From Thermoprotei archaeon (lineage in GTDB: Archaea > Thermoproteota > Thermoprotei > Thermofilales > B69-G16): 40,953 nt of DNA. Position numbers and translations under genes: made by a program. Below the pieces are notes generated by a model. That model saw only the letters and a list, made by a program, of their open reading frames with translations. It was not told the DNA's origin and made no database searches. Positions within the stretch are counted from its first letter, which is position 1, and every line of letters starts with the position of its first letter. This document shows, piece by piece, positions 1 to 9,744 of this stretch. The stretch is taken from assembly GCA_003649235.1 (NCBI GenBank), contig QMRG01000003.1, forward strand, positions 1 to 40,953, written 5' to 3'.

Positions 1-471
1 AGAAGAAAAATCATTGTTTTAGATACTATTAGCATTTCACTTTTAATTATTATAGCAGCGGGTATTAGTTATGCAATATCTCCTCTAATCATTTCAGGAG
101 CTATGAGCTATTTTACAGATGTTGACTCTGCAAAAATAATCACTAAGGCGGCAACGTGGAAGGTGAAGAGTTCAATAACATGTTCAATTAGTCCTAGTTC
201 GCCGATCAGCTTAGGACACAATGTTACAGTGTTCGGTCGAATCGAACCGGCTCGTAGCGGTATTTTAATAACCTTAAAGTATGAAATTAATGGAAGTGTT
301 ATAACGCGGACTGTCATGACTGATAATGATGGTACATATAGGGATGTATTTAAAACAAATAGCGCGGGTATATGGACAGTTCAGGCTAGTTGGAGAGGTA
401 ATCATTGGTACTATAGTGCAACTTCCCCAAAGATAACTTTTGAAGTTATAGAAGAGGTAGCAAACGAATGA
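1..471 (+). CDS. 5'-partial secreted Ig-like domain protein with SipW-cognate (TasA/CalY-type) signal peptide
   Basis: Frame is open from base 1: RRKIIVLDTISISLLIIIAAGISYAISPLIISGAM-SYFTDVDSAKIITKAATW, so the track's ATG at 103 is internal. A basic then hydrophobic N-terminus is followed by an (A/S)YFTD...AxTW motif. The C-terminal part is a beta-sandwich (TDNDGTY...AGIWTVQASWRG...Y.SATS). Confidence 0.65.
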   Translation, partial: RRKIIVLDTISISLLIIIAAGISYAISPLIISGAMSYFTDVDSAKIITKAATWKVKSSITCSISPSSPISLGHNVTVFGRIEPARSGILITLKYEINGSVITRTVMTDNDGTYRDVFKTNSAGIWTVQASWRGNHWYYSATSPKITFEVIEEVANE

Positions 472-1472
472 GCTTGAAATGGAGAACTATAATCTTAGTT
501 TTTCTTTCAATTACTCTAATTTTATCAATTTATGCTACACATCATTTTCATTCACTACCCGACAAAGAAGTCAACTTCATGCAAGAATTTGAGTACGTAC
601 ATGAGGCCGAGTATAGATATAACATAACGCTTTGGCCGAGTATTCTTTACGATAATAGAACGGTGCTGATGCCTAACGAAGTTCCTTTTATACCACTAGT
701 TCACTTACTAAACGTATCTTTTACATACTATTTCATGAGTAAACCAATTGTAAACGGTGATATAACCTATCAAGTCACTTGTTTCTTAGAGTCGCCTGCT
801 GGTTGGAGAAAAATCATTGTCTTAGTACCACCTACTTTAATACACTTCAATTCCACGCCAGTAAGATTCTCTAAACTCTATATTTTTAACATTACTGAGA
901 TAGTGGAGTTGATTAATGCAATAGAGGATGAAACCAGAACTTATGCTCCGATCTATTATCTAAGAATTCAACCTTGCATTAATATTACTGCGTCTACGGG
1001 ATCAAGAATTGTTAATGAAAGTTTTAAGCCTCAAATGGTAGTCAAGCTTATGTTCGGCGAAAACAATCATCTTGTTTTTGAGGGATTAAAGCATAAAAAG
1101 GAAAATGTCCTCGGAAAATATGTAACAACAGAAGTTACATGGATTAAACAAGCAAGATATGCTATGTACACTTTCACTGGTATCATTTTAATATCTATAG
1201 TTTATGTTGCTCAACAGATTTGGAAGGAGAGAAAAAGCATTTCTCCCATTGAGAAAGCTATGAAAAAGTATCGTGATATAATAGTAGATGCAGTTGGGCT
1301 AAGCGGGGAACGAGGAGATAAAAGTGTAGTAATGGTCAGGTCATTAGATGATCTAGCTAAAGTTTCAGATGAAGTTGTTAAGCCAATAATACACGTAAAG
1401 AAACCTGGTCTTCATGTTTTTTATGTATTAGATGACGATATACGATATGAATTCATCATCAAAGAAGGATAA
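468..1472 (+). CDS. DUF5305-like membrane protein
   Basis: N-terminal TM/signal, extracellular beta-rich domain, second TM, and a C-terminal cytoplasmic motif KYRDIIV...SLDDLAKVSDEVVKPIIH...FYVLDDDIRY typical of DUF5305. ATGA overlap with the upstream gene. Confidence 0.7.
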   Translation: MSLKWRTIILVFLSITLILSIYATHHFHSLPDKEVNFMQEFEYVHEAEYRYNITLWPSILYDNRTVLMPNEVPFIPLVHLLNVSFTYYFMSKPIVNGDITYQVTCFLESPAGWRKIIVLVPPTLIHFNSTPVRFSKLYIFNITEIVELINAIEDETRTYAPIYYLRIQPCINITASTGSRIVNESFKPQMVVKLMFGENNHLVFEGLKHKKENVLGKYVTTEVTWIKQARYAMYTFTGIILISIVYVAQQIWKERKSISPIEKAMKKYRDIIVDAVGLSGERGDKSVVMVRSLDDLAKVSDEVVKPIIHVKKPGLHVFYVLDDDIRYEFIIKEG

Positions 1473-1498
1473 GCTTCTTAATTCATTATTATAAAAAA

Positions 1499-2338
1499 TT
1501 ATTTTGTAATTAGACTTCTAACACCAGCGCTCGCTAAAACCCAAAGCTCAAGTACTTTGTAGGCTTCAACTATATCTCTAGCTTTATAAGCTACTGTTAC
1601 ACCGTCCAGGCGTTTAGAACCTGGAAGTAAAGAGGCAATATCGGCATAACCTGAAAGTGTAAAGGCAACTTCCATTTCAATAGGACTATCTAGCTTAAGA
1701 GGTTTAGCTTCTCCTCTCCTATATTTGGCAATAGCTTTTCTTACAGCTTCTCTTATCCTGTTTTTTAAAGTCTTCAAACTCGGACTTTTAGCCGAATACC
1801 TTGAATAAGACTTTTTAAACTCTACTCTTTCGGCCCAAGGAGTATATTTAGCCACATCTTCTAGAAGTTTAGAATCTCCAGCCACTAAAATTACTGGAAC
1901 ATTAAAATGTCCAGCATAGTATGTGTTTAAAAGATATTCGCTAACCTCTATGTCGTTAATCTTAAAATAACGTATAGCAGCTCCACTATAAGTATGATCA
2001 AAAACCGCTTCGGCCGTATTAGCTCTAGCATGATATCCTAGAAACATAGCCACATCTGCCTCTTTCACGTCAACAACCATGCTAGTTGGACGCGGAAATC
2101 CTCTAATTATTTCAACATACTCGGGTAAATCCTCCACCTTGATGTTTACCATAGGGCCATGACTATCAGCTACTATAACTTTCTCGAATCCTTCTTCTTT
2201 TAGAATTTCAGATACTACTAAAACAAGTTCAGTAGCTATTTTTCTAGCTTCCTCGTACAACGGTTTACCCACGCTGAGGTGATCTACACTTACTATAAAG
2301 GGCATGCCCTCTAGATCTACAGAGATATAGGCCCGCAT
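1499..2338 (-). CDS. dppA: D-aminopeptidase DppA, peptidase family M55
   Basis: Motifs YISVDLEG, VADSHG, GYHARA and DHTYS are the M55 Zn ligands. The true start is probably the ATG at 2338 (MRAYISVD); the track start at 2428 overlaps the divergent MFS gene. Confidence 0.92.
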   Translation of the reverse strand: MRAYISVDLEGMPFIVSVDHLSVGKPLYEEARKIATELVLVVSEILKEEGFEKVIVADSHGPMVNIKVEDLPEYVEIIRGFPRPTSMVVDVKEADVAMFLGYHARANTAEAVFDHTYSGAAIRYFKINDIEVSEYLLNTYYAGHFNVPVILVAGDSKLLEDVAKYTPWAERVEFKKSYSRYSAKSPSLKTLKNRIREAVRKAIAKYRRGEAKPLKLDSPIEMEVAFTLSGYADIASLLPGSKRLDGVTVAYKARDIVEAYKVLELWVLASAGVRSLITK

Positions 2339-2384
2339 TAAGTAAAAATATATAACGACATACTTACGTTTTCCGCCGATTACA

Positions 2385-3537
2385 ATGAGCTCGTGGAGCA
2401 AACTGCCTAAAGCAGCGCGGAGATACATACTTTATCACTGCATGATAACTCCTACTCTCTTCTGGTGGTACGTCGTACCATATTTAATGCTTAACAAAGG
2501 ACTCAGCGTAGAAGAAACCGGGCTCTTTTATACAACCGGGATGTTAACGAGTTCAATAATCAATTTTCTAGTGGGGAAATTCTTAGATAAAGGCTCGCCT
2601 AATATCTTAATGGCTATCATTTCGCTAATAGAATTCTTCTCTTATATTCTATATTTTATCGCTTTTGCCTCAGATCAACATATCCTCATTCTAGTAGCCA
2701 TAGCTATAGAATATTTAAGTCGTGGTTTCTATCCGGCTTATCCCGCGTATGAATACGAAGTATATCCGGAAGAGTTAAGGAGTAAAGCCTTCATATATCA
2801 TTATATCCTGCCGTATCTAACTCAAGCAGTAACATACCCACTGATAGGTTACTTATTATCATTTTACCGAGAAAATCTAGAGTTAAGCATATTGGCTATA
2901 GCAATATTCTCCCTCTTCTATGCATATATACCTATAAGCTGGCTACCTAAAAGTCGAGAGGAAAGTAGAGCTTCGTAAAGATAGAAAGCGAAAAAGGAGT
3001 GTTCCGAAAGAGCTTATACCTCTAGCTCTAATTCTGATACTCCTCTCCGTAGCCTATAATCTAGCTCCCACATTCGTCTTGGTAAATTTGTTAATAGAAA
3101 AATTTGGAGGAGGATTATTCCATATAGGAATTTATGAATCTATAGTAGGCTTTACAATGGCTCTTTTCATGCTTCCTCTACTAAAGGTTGATAAGAGTAA
3201 GGGAAAACTGCTAGCTCTTCTCGGAATATCTCTGATATCTATCGCATATGGCATTTTGGGATTATCCACGGAAATCTTTCATGTTTTTATCTCCGCGTTT
3301 GTATTATCGCTTGGAGAATCTATAATGACTCCATTTTACCTTGATGCGCTATTTTCTCGAATACCTGAGGAGATTAAAGGATCTGTATTAGGAGCGCTAG
3401 CTGGGATAAGAAAAATAATCAACCTAGCAGCTCCCTTAGTAGCTGGTTTTCTAGCAGCAGTTTCTCCTTCATTACCTTATATAGCGTCAAGTTTTACAAT
3501 TATAATAGTAGCTATACTATTCGCAATTTACGGTTGA
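2385..3537 (+). pseudogene. MFS transporter split by a single +1 frameshift (pseudogene or sequencing error)
   Basis: N-half (2385-2978, GKFLDK motif A) and C-half (frame continuous from ~2953 through 3537). Removing one A from the AAAA at 2949-2952 gives the continuous WLPK-VERKVELRKDRKRKRSVPKELIPLALILILL... Confidence 0.8.
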
Positions 3538-4202
3538 CGAGCATGGCGCTAGAACTAAAAGACGTATATAAATGTAAAATCTGTGGAGCCTACACGGAGA
3601 ATGAAGTTCACTGCGGCGTTAAAGCAATGTTACTTATGAATTCTAAGCAGAGAGTTAAGCTTAGTAAACTAATTTCCGGCATACTTAGACATTTTCCCGA
3701 AAGCTTCGATCTCCATCTAGATCGAGAAGGATTTGTCAGAATAAGAGAGCTAGTTAAGGCTATAAAGAGATATCGGAGAAGCTATTCTTGGCTTGCAAAC
3801 GAGCATATAGTAGCATTAGCGTATTTAGATCCTAAAGGACGTTTCGAAATTGTTAACAATAAAATTAGGGCTAGATATGGACACAGTATTAACGCTGAAG
3901 TAAACTACGAAGAAGATAAAAGCGTAAAAATTCTCTATCATGGGACTACGGAGGAAAGAGCTAGAATTATTTTGAAAAACGGGATAAAGCCTATGAAGAG
4001 AAAAAGAGTCCATTTAACATCTAGCTTGGAAGAAGCTTGGCAAAATGCTAAAAGGTGGAGAGGAAAACCCGTTATACTAGTAGTAAATGCCGATGCTCTT
4101 AGGCAAAGAGGGATAAAAGTTTTAAAAGCTGGAAAATATGTCTACGTTGTCAAGCAGGTACCTCCCCAATGTATAATAAACGTGATTTGGAATGAAATAT
4201 AG
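3534..4202 (+). CDS. kptA: RNA 2'-phosphotransferase KptA/Tpt1 with N-terminal zinc ribbon
   Basis: SKLISGILRH, DPKGRFE, IRARYGHS, YHGT and VHLT motifs, with CKICG...HCG at the N-terminus. The start could instead be the ATG at 3543. Confidence 0.93.
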   Translation: MTSMALELKDVYKCKICGAYTENEVHCGVKAMLLMNSKQRVKLSKLISGILRHFPESFDLHLDREGFVRIRELVKAIKRYRRSYSWLANEHIVALAYLDPKGRFEIVNNKIRARYGHSINAEVNYEEDKSVKILYHGTTEERARIILKNGIKPMKRKRVHLTSSLEEAWQNAKRWRGKPVILVVNADALRQRGIKVLKAGKYVYVVKQVPPQCIINVIWNEI

Positions 4203-4446
4203 AAAAAAGCCTTATCCTAAAAATAGCGATATTGCCAAGGCTATACTCCAGCTTTTCTCGCTAAATCCTCTGGTAAAACCAGAGGATTTCGTGGATTCTG
4301 TCAAGTCTGTATTAGAAATGAATGGTTTCTACGTTAAGCTTGTAACTCCTAAACGAATCTGGAGGACGTATGAAAACATGGTGAAGAAGGGACAGATATA
4401 CGATTATCTACTAGTAGTTAAAGAGAAGGAAAATACTTTTACCTGA
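4192..4446 (+). CDS. Small hypothetical archaeal protein, possibly winged-helix fold
   Basis: 84 aa, overlaps kptA by 11 nt. The pattern GFY..LVTPKRIWRTYENMV..G.I.D.L.VV resembles a conserved archaeal family (from memory). Confidence 0.7.
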   Translation: MKYRKKPYPKNSDIAKAILQLFSLNPLVKPEDFVDSVKSVLEMNGFYVKLVTPKRIWRTYENMVKKGQIYDYLLVVKEKENTFT

Positions 4447-4465
4447 GTTCTGTCTATTAAGCGAG

Positions 4466-4735
4466 GTGGTATCAATGATACATGAGACATTTATCATAAT
4501 TTCAGTAGTAGCTGGAATCTCGGCTATCGCTTCTTCCTACTACCTCAAACTACATCGAGAAGAGAAGTTCAAAAACATGTTCTTCCTATCGCTTCTAACA
4601 TCTATAATACTTATACCATCAATCATATCAGTGCTCTCCAGATCTGTTTTCGGAGATAGAGGCTTAGCCGTAGTGCCGGGAATTATTTCAGTAATTTTAG
4701 GACTCGTGGCTTTACTTATCTACGTAAGGGAGTAA
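4466..4735 (+). CDS. Small integral membrane protein (~3 TM)
   Basis: Three hydrophobic stretches. A GAGGTGG RBS-like site favours the ATG at 4475 as start. Confidence 0.65.
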   Translation: MVSMIHETFIIISVVAGISAIASSYYLKLHREEKFKNMFFLSLLTSIILIPSIISVLSRSVFGDRGLAVVPGIISVILGLVALLIYVRE

Positions 4736-4780
4736 CTCTCTAAATCTCCTACATAAAATGTAAAGTTTTCAAATTTCCTG

Positions 4781-4795
4781 GCTAACATTTATAAA
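4781..4795 (+). promoter_or_regulatory. BRE/TATA promoter for the 4819 gene
   Basis: GCTAACATTTATAAA about 25 nt upstream of the GTG start, consistent with a leaderless transcript. Confidence 0.5.
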
Positions 4796-4818
4796 CGAGT
4801 TACGGGGTTAGTATTTAG

Positions 4819-5190
4819 GTGCTAAAGTTAATGATTTTTAAGAGAACTGCTGAAAAGCTAAGAAAGCTTGGTTATATCGTTAAAATCGATGAGGAAATAA
4901 TCGGAGTATCGGGGGTAAGTCATAAAATACCGTTTCTTATCGAAAATCCACAAAATGGAAGTAAAATATGTATCCATCTTGACGATGGAAGTAGTGAAAT
5001 AATACTTCTTAAGCTTTTCAGCATATATGTAGACACGGGTATTCGGCAAATACTATTATCTGATAAGAAGAACATGTTTAAAGGAGTTGAAGTAATAAAC
5101 ATTAAAAGTGTTCCAGAGTTGTTAGATGTTATTGTTGATAGATTAGAGACCTCCAATAAACAGAAAAATATTTTAACCAAAACCTATTAG
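4819..5190 (+). CDS. Restriction-endonuclease-like (PD-(D/E)XK / Mrr-like) fold protein, probably inactive
   Basis: LRKLGYIV...IIGVSGVSHKIPFLI matches the archaeal G-x-SG-x-x-H-x-x-D motif, but Pro stands where the catalytic Asp is expected. Confidence 0.5.
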   Translation: MLKLMIFKRTAEKLRKLGYIVKIDEEIIGVSGVSHKIPFLIENPQNGSKICIHLDDGSSEIILLKLFSIYVDTGIRQILLSDKKNMFKGVEVINIKSVPELLDVIVDRLETSNKQKNILTKTY

Positions 5191-5204
5191 CCACTCAGTT
5201 GAAT

Positions 5205-5807
5205 ATGGGTAAGATAAAGAATATTATTTTTGATTTAGATGAGACATTAATAAAACTTCCCGTAGACTGGCCGGTGGCATACGAAGAAGTAAGGAAATAT
5301 ATAAGGAGAAACTTTACAAACCTATTAAATCTATTAGCAGAATTATGGAATACGGAGGATTATCATATAGTATCGCGAATTATAGAAAAATTCGAGCTTG
5401 AAGCTCTCGACTATATTCAGATTCTGGATAATTCTCAAGAATTAATATTAGACTTATCTAAGCATTATAGACTGAGCCTGGTCACTCTTCAAGGACGAAA
5501 AATAGCTGAAGAAGCATTACGCAAACTTGGCATCCGGAAAACCTTTGAAATTGTGATTACTCGAGACGATGCTCCAACACGGCTTAAACAATTACAAATG
5601 GTTCTTGAGAAAACAAGTTTTAAACCTAAAGAAACAATTGTAGTTGGCGACAAGTTAAACGATGTAGAATCAGCTTTAAAACTTAAATGCTGGGCAGTAC
5701 TAGTCGATCGTAGAAATGAAGCTGAGCTGTTAAACGGATATGAAAGAAGAATATTTGTGATTAAAAATTTAAGTGAACTTGAAAGTTTATTAAATTCTCT
5801 TCAGTAA
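5205..5807 (+). CDS. HAD-superfamily hydrolase (phosphoglycolate phosphatase-like)
   Basis: Motif I IIFDLDETL, motif II LVT, motif IV VGDKLND. 18-nt convergent overlap with the GGR gene. Confidence 0.88.
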   Translation: MGKIKNIIFDLDETLIKLPVDWPVAYEEVRKYIRRNFTNLLNLLAELWNTEDYHIVSRIIEKFELEALDYIQILDNSQELILDLSKHYRLSLVTLQGRKIAEEALRKLGIRKTFEIVITRDDAPTRLKQLQMVLEKTSFKPKETIVVGDKLNDVESALKLKCWAVLVDRRNEAELLNGYERRIFVIKNLSELESLLNSLQ

Positions 5808-6953
5808 GAGAGTGCCTTGTCTAACCAAAAGTTTAAGTAAAAACGGAATTCCAACCTTTAAAAAATAAGCATAGCCTATCTCGTTTTTCAATAAAAGTTT
5901 TAAGTACTTTTCAATTAAACTTTTATATTCCTTTGTAAATTTAACGTCATAATACTGGAAACTATAATAAATTTTACTGAATAAATTCCCCACTTTTAAA
6001 TTACGAAGAATGAATTTATCTATAATCTCCATATAGCTCAGTTTCTTCCTATTCAAAATTGCAGAAGCCGTTAAAGCTCCAATCCACCCGCTTAATAAAG
6101 CTTGATAAATCCCTTCCCCACTCCAAGGATCTCCTAGACCAGCTGCGTCTCCAACCAATAGTACACGTTTTCCTTCAAGTATACGTCTAGAGGAACCTAC
6201 CACTGGTATACAACTATATTTCAGCATTTTATCCGCTTTTACTTTAAATTTTTTCTTAATATATTTCAAAAATCTCTTTACTGAAGCTCTAAATTCTTTA
6301 CAACTAGACAGTCTACATCCTATACCTATATTGATGTATTCTTTTTTAGGAAATACCCAACCATAGCCATTTCTCAGATATCCTAAGGATAACTCGATAA
6401 AGTCGAGGTTATGTTTATAAGGTATTTCTGCCACGGCCGCAAGCATGAGTTCATTTTTCGACGATCTATGCTCCAACCCGGTCATTGCCGCAGTTTTTCC
6501 TTCTACACCATCGGCTCCGATTACAAAATCGGCTTTAAACACTTTGCTCTTAGTCTTTAACTCAAAAAATCCATTTTTTCTCTTTAATTCTATTAGAGGC
6601 TCATTTTCTAAGAAAAGAGCACCTGTATCTACCGCCTTCAATGCCAAAAATTGATCAAAAAACTTACGGCGCACAGTCTCTATAGCATTTTGAACTTCAA
6701 GGGTAGCTTCTAAACCTCTAACATGAGTAAGTTTTATCACATCAATCTTTTTCTCAATATAGCCTTTGTCATAGAGTCCAAATTTTTTCAAGAAATCTAC
6801 AGTCTTTACTGTTAAACCGCCGCCGCAAGGCTTATCTCTAGGAAAAACTTCTTTATCTACTAAGATGATATCGAAGTTTTTCTGCGCCAAGAAATAAGCA
6901 GCTGTTGAGCCTGCTGGTCCGGCTCCAATTACAGCTATCTCGTATTTCTCCAT
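5790..6953 (-). CDS. Geranylgeranyl reductase family flavoprotein
   Basis: VIGAGPAGS, PRDKPCGGG, IGADG, GYGWVFPK and LVGDAAG...GEGI motifs. Confidence 0.9.
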   Translation of the reverse strand: MEKYEIAVIGAGPAGSTAAYFLAQKNFDIILVDKEVFPRDKPCGGGLTVKTVDFLKKFGLYDKGYIEKKIDVIKLTHVRGLEATLEVQNAIETVRRKFFDQFLALKAVDTGALFLENEPLIELKRKNGFFELKTKSKVFKADFVIGADGVEGKTAAMTGLEHRSSKNELMLAAVAEIPYKHNLDFIELSLGYLRNGYGWVFPKKEYINIGIGCRLSSCKEFRASVKRFLKYIKKKFKVKADKMLKYSCIPVVGSSRRILEGKRVLLVGDAAGLGDPWSGEGIYQALLSGWIGALTASAILNRKKLSYMEIIDKFILRNLKVGNLFSKIYYSFQYYDVKFTKEYKSLIEKYLKLLLKNEIGYAYFLKVGIPFLLKLLVRQGTLLLKRI

Positions 6954-6969
6954 AGCAATACACGATAAT

Positions 6970-7911
6970 CTATAAACTGTCTAAATCAATTTTACCTTCT
7001 AAAACTCCGCTCTCAAGTATAGCATTTATAACTTTTTCTATATCTCCGCCCGCCTCTTTAGCTATATTTTTTACGATTGTTGTTGGAACTTCCTTAAGAA
7101 GTCCTAAATCTTTACTCGTGAATTGCTGAAGAGAATCTACAGCTATAATTGCTTGTTCTATATATGTTGCAGTGAGCTTAAGCCCGATCTTCCAGATATC
7201 TCCTTTAACTTCAAGAGCTTTAGCGCTTCCACTCCTTTCCTTACCTAGCAATAATCCAATTATATCATCTATAACTTGATATGCGCAACCTATATTATAT
7301 CCATAAACTCCAGCTATACGTGCTGCTTCGATGCCGACCGTGGCACCGGCGCCTATAAAACATGCGGCTTCGAATAGTGAACCTGTTTTTAAGCCTATAA
7401 TCTCGTCGTAGGTAATTTCACGCTCTATATTTTCACGGTTATACAGGATATCGAGTAGCTTTCCTAAAGAAGCTTTTCTCCAAGCATCCACAGCTAACTT
7501 GGCAAGCCAGTCTCCTTTCCTAGCTATAGTTAATACACTGGTTGACACCATTGTATGAGGTAAAATTGATGCTATGTCTAAGCCGTATTTAACCCATACG
7601 GCGTCTTTACCTCTTCTCTTTTTAGAACCATTTATAATATCGTCGTAAACTAGACTAGCCGTATGGATAATCTCTATAGCACATGCCAAATCTATCAATT
7701 CGCGTCTCTCTCCATTGAGAATTTCTCCTATAAGTATCAGTAATGCGCCTCTAAACTTTCCCTCTTCAGAGGCAGCATATCTTACAATACTAGCTAGTTC
7801 CTTGCTGAAGTTCTTCTCTATAAAAAACGTTAGATGTTCTTCTAGTTCTGAGGTAATTTTTTCCAGATATTCTCTGGCTTTACGTTCAGCTTCTCTGTTT
7901 ACTATATCCAT
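6970..7911 (-). CDS. trans-Polyprenyl diphosphate synthase (crenarchaeal hexaprenyl-PP synthase-like) with degenerate Asp-rich motifs
   Basis: GKFRG, EIIHTASLVYDDIINGSKKRRG, KTGSLF, YQVIDDIIG and GSAK motifs. Confidence 0.82.
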   Translation of the reverse strand: MDIVNREAERKAREYLEKITSELEEHLTFFIEKNFSKELASIVRYAASEEGKFRGALLILIGEILNGERRELIDLACAIEIIHTASLVYDDIINGSKKRRGKDAVWVKYGLDIASILPHTMVSTSVLTIARKGDWLAKLAVDAWRKASLGKLLDILYNRENIEREITYDEIIGLKTGSLFEAACFIGAGATVGIEAARIAGVYGYNIGCAYQVIDDIIGLLLGKERSGSAKALEVKGDIWKIGLKLTATYIEQAIIAVDSLQQFTSKDLGLLKEVPTTIVKNIAKEAGGDIEKVINAILESGVLEGKIDLDSL

Positions 7912-7967
7912 AATCTTCGCTATCTAGAATCATAATAAATAGATAAATTTTTCATATATTGAATTTA

Positions 7968-8315
7968 TTAACATGTTAAATGGAATGCAGCTACAACATT
8001 CACTTTTTTACTAATTAATGTATTATATTCCTTCCATACGTCTCCTGTAAGTCCTTCAATCAATTTTATACCTCTGGACCTAAGATATTCTCTAACCTCC
8101 GCCGTCACCTCCATATACCCATAGTAGCCCTTGCCGACTATCAGCACCTTCGGTTTTTCTCTCTCCAGAACTTCAATGATATCTTCTAAGTGAAGCCTAT
8201 GCCCCTCTTTCCTCCACCAATTAGGATAGATATTTTCTCGTGTCAATACCAAATCTTTAGTGTAGATTTTCCCATCTATCACCATTCTTCCAAAACTATA
8301 AGCTTGAATCTTCAT
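7968..8315 (-). CDS. Mth938-like domain protein (AAMDC family)
   Basis: YSFGRMVIDGKIYTKDL, WWRKEGHRL, LIVGKGYYG and C-terminal AFHLTC. Confidence 0.9.
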   Translation of the reverse strand: MKIQAYSFGRMVIDGKIYTKDLVLTRENIYPNWWRKEGHRLHLEDIIEVLEREKPKVLIVGKGYYGYMEVTAEVREYLRSRGIKLIEGLTGDVWKEYNTLISKKVNVVAAFHLTC

Positions 8316-8338
8316 ACAGAAAATAGTAATTAAAAAAC

Positions 8339-9715
8339 CTATTTATTTGTTGAAAGCCAAGGATAAAGCTTATAAAGTTTTTTAATAGACTCCCTAACTT
8401 TCTCTTCAGGATATTCATATGCTGGAAGCTTACCCGCCAAGTATTCATCGTAAGCTTTCAAATCTAAGAGGCCGTGACCGCTAAAATTAAACAGTATCAC
8501 CTTCTCCTTCCCCTCCTTTCTAGCTTTAATAGCCTCATCTATAGCTGCTTTTACTGCATGAGCTGTTTCCGGAGCTGGTACATGTCCTTCAACTCTAGCG
8601 AAAAACCTCGCCGCGTCAAAGACTTCGACTTGGTTATAAGCTATACTCTTGAATAAGCCATGTTTTACAAGCAAGCTTAACGTGGGTGCAGCGCCGTGAT
8701 ACCTTAAACCGCCAGCGTGTATAGGAGGTGGTATAAAATCGTGGCCAAGAGTATACATCTTCAATAGAGGCGTGAGCCTAGCCGTATCTCCGTGGTCATA
8801 TGTGTAAAATCCCTTCGTCATCGAGGGACTAGCCGTTGGTTCTACAGCTATAAACTGAGTATCTTTAGGAGCTTTTCCAGCAACTTTCATGTAGTAGAAG
8901 GGATAAGATATACCGGAAAAATTGCTTCCACCGCCGACACATCCTATAATTACATCAGGATAATCTCCCACTTTTTCTAATTGTTTTAACGTTTCAAGGC
9001 CTATTACAGTCTGGTGTAAGAGGACATGATTTAAAACGCTTCCGAGAGAGTATTTAGTATCTTCATGAGTAGCAGCATCTTCTACCGCTTCACTGATCGC
9101 TATGCCTAAGCTGCCCGGATTATCCGGATCTCTCTCAAGTACGCTTTTTCCAGCTCTAGTACGAGGACTTGGACTTGGAATAACTTCAGCTCCCCATAAC
9201 TCCATTAAAACTCTACGATAGGGTTTCTGGAAATAGCTTACTTTAACCATATATATGGTAATTTTCAAGTCGAAGAGATTTGTTGCAAAAGCTAAAGCCG
9301 AACCCCACTGTCCAGCGCCAGTTTCCGTTGTTAAACGTTCTACGCCTTCTTTAACATTATAATAAGCTTGTGCAACCGCTGTATTAGGTTTATGGCTCCC
9401 AGGAGGGCTAAACTCAAATTTATAATATATCCTAGCGGGAGTCTTCAATGCTTTTTCCAATCTAATGGCACGGATAAGTGGAGTCGGCCGCCATAAAGTA
9501 TACACGTCTCGTACCTCGCTCGGTATATTTATCCATCTGTCCATGCTCATCTCTTGTCTTATTAGTTCCATTGGAAAAATAATGCTCAGGTCTTCAGCTG
9601 TCAATGGCTCACCGTTAGGCTTTAGAGGTGGAGGTAGAGGCTCTGGAAGGTCTGGGAGTATGTTATACCAGTATTTTGGGATTTCATTTTCATCTAGATA
9701 GATTTTTGTTTGCAT
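8339..9715 (-). CDS. trpB2: Tryptophan synthase beta chain, type 2 (TrpB2)
   Basis: [17 protein letters not shown] (PLP lysine), [25 protein letters not shown] and NFSGHG. Start is ATG 9715 or GTG 9724. Confidence 0.96.
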   Translation of the reverse strand: MQTKIYLDENEIPKYWYNILPDLPEPLPPPLKPNGEPLTAEDLSIIFPMELIRQEMSMDRWINIPSEVRDVYTLWRPTPLIRAIRLEKALKTPARIYYKFEFSPPGSHKPNTAVAQAYYNVKEGVERLTTETGAGQWGSALAFATNLFDLKITIYMVKVSYFQKPYRRVLMELWGAEVIPSPSPRTRAGKSVLERDPDNPGSLGIAISEAVEDAATHEDTKYSLGSVLNHVLLHQTVIGLETLKQLEKVGDYPDVIIGCVGGGSNFSGISYPFYYMKVAGKAPKDTQFIAVEPTASPSMTKGFYTYDHGDTARLTPLLKMYTLGHDFIPPPIHAGGLRYHGAAPTLSLLVKHGLFKSIAYNQVEVFDAARFFARVEGHVPAPETAHAVKAAIDEAIKARKEGKEKVILFNFSGHGLLDLKAYDEYLAGKLPAYEYPEEKVRESIKKLYKLYPWLSTNK

Positions 9716-9744
9716 TGAAATCACTTGAAAATCTTCACTAATGT

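Noticed and set aside
2339-2428. 30-aa N-terminal extension of DppA in the ORF track
   Set aside because: It overlaps the divergent MFS gene and the shared promoter region, and M55 proteins begin at the M-x-x-YISVD motif.
2949-2952. Programmed ribosomal frameshift or phase variation in the MFS gene
   Set aside because: An A4 run is too short, and I saw no slippery heptamer or stimulatory structure.
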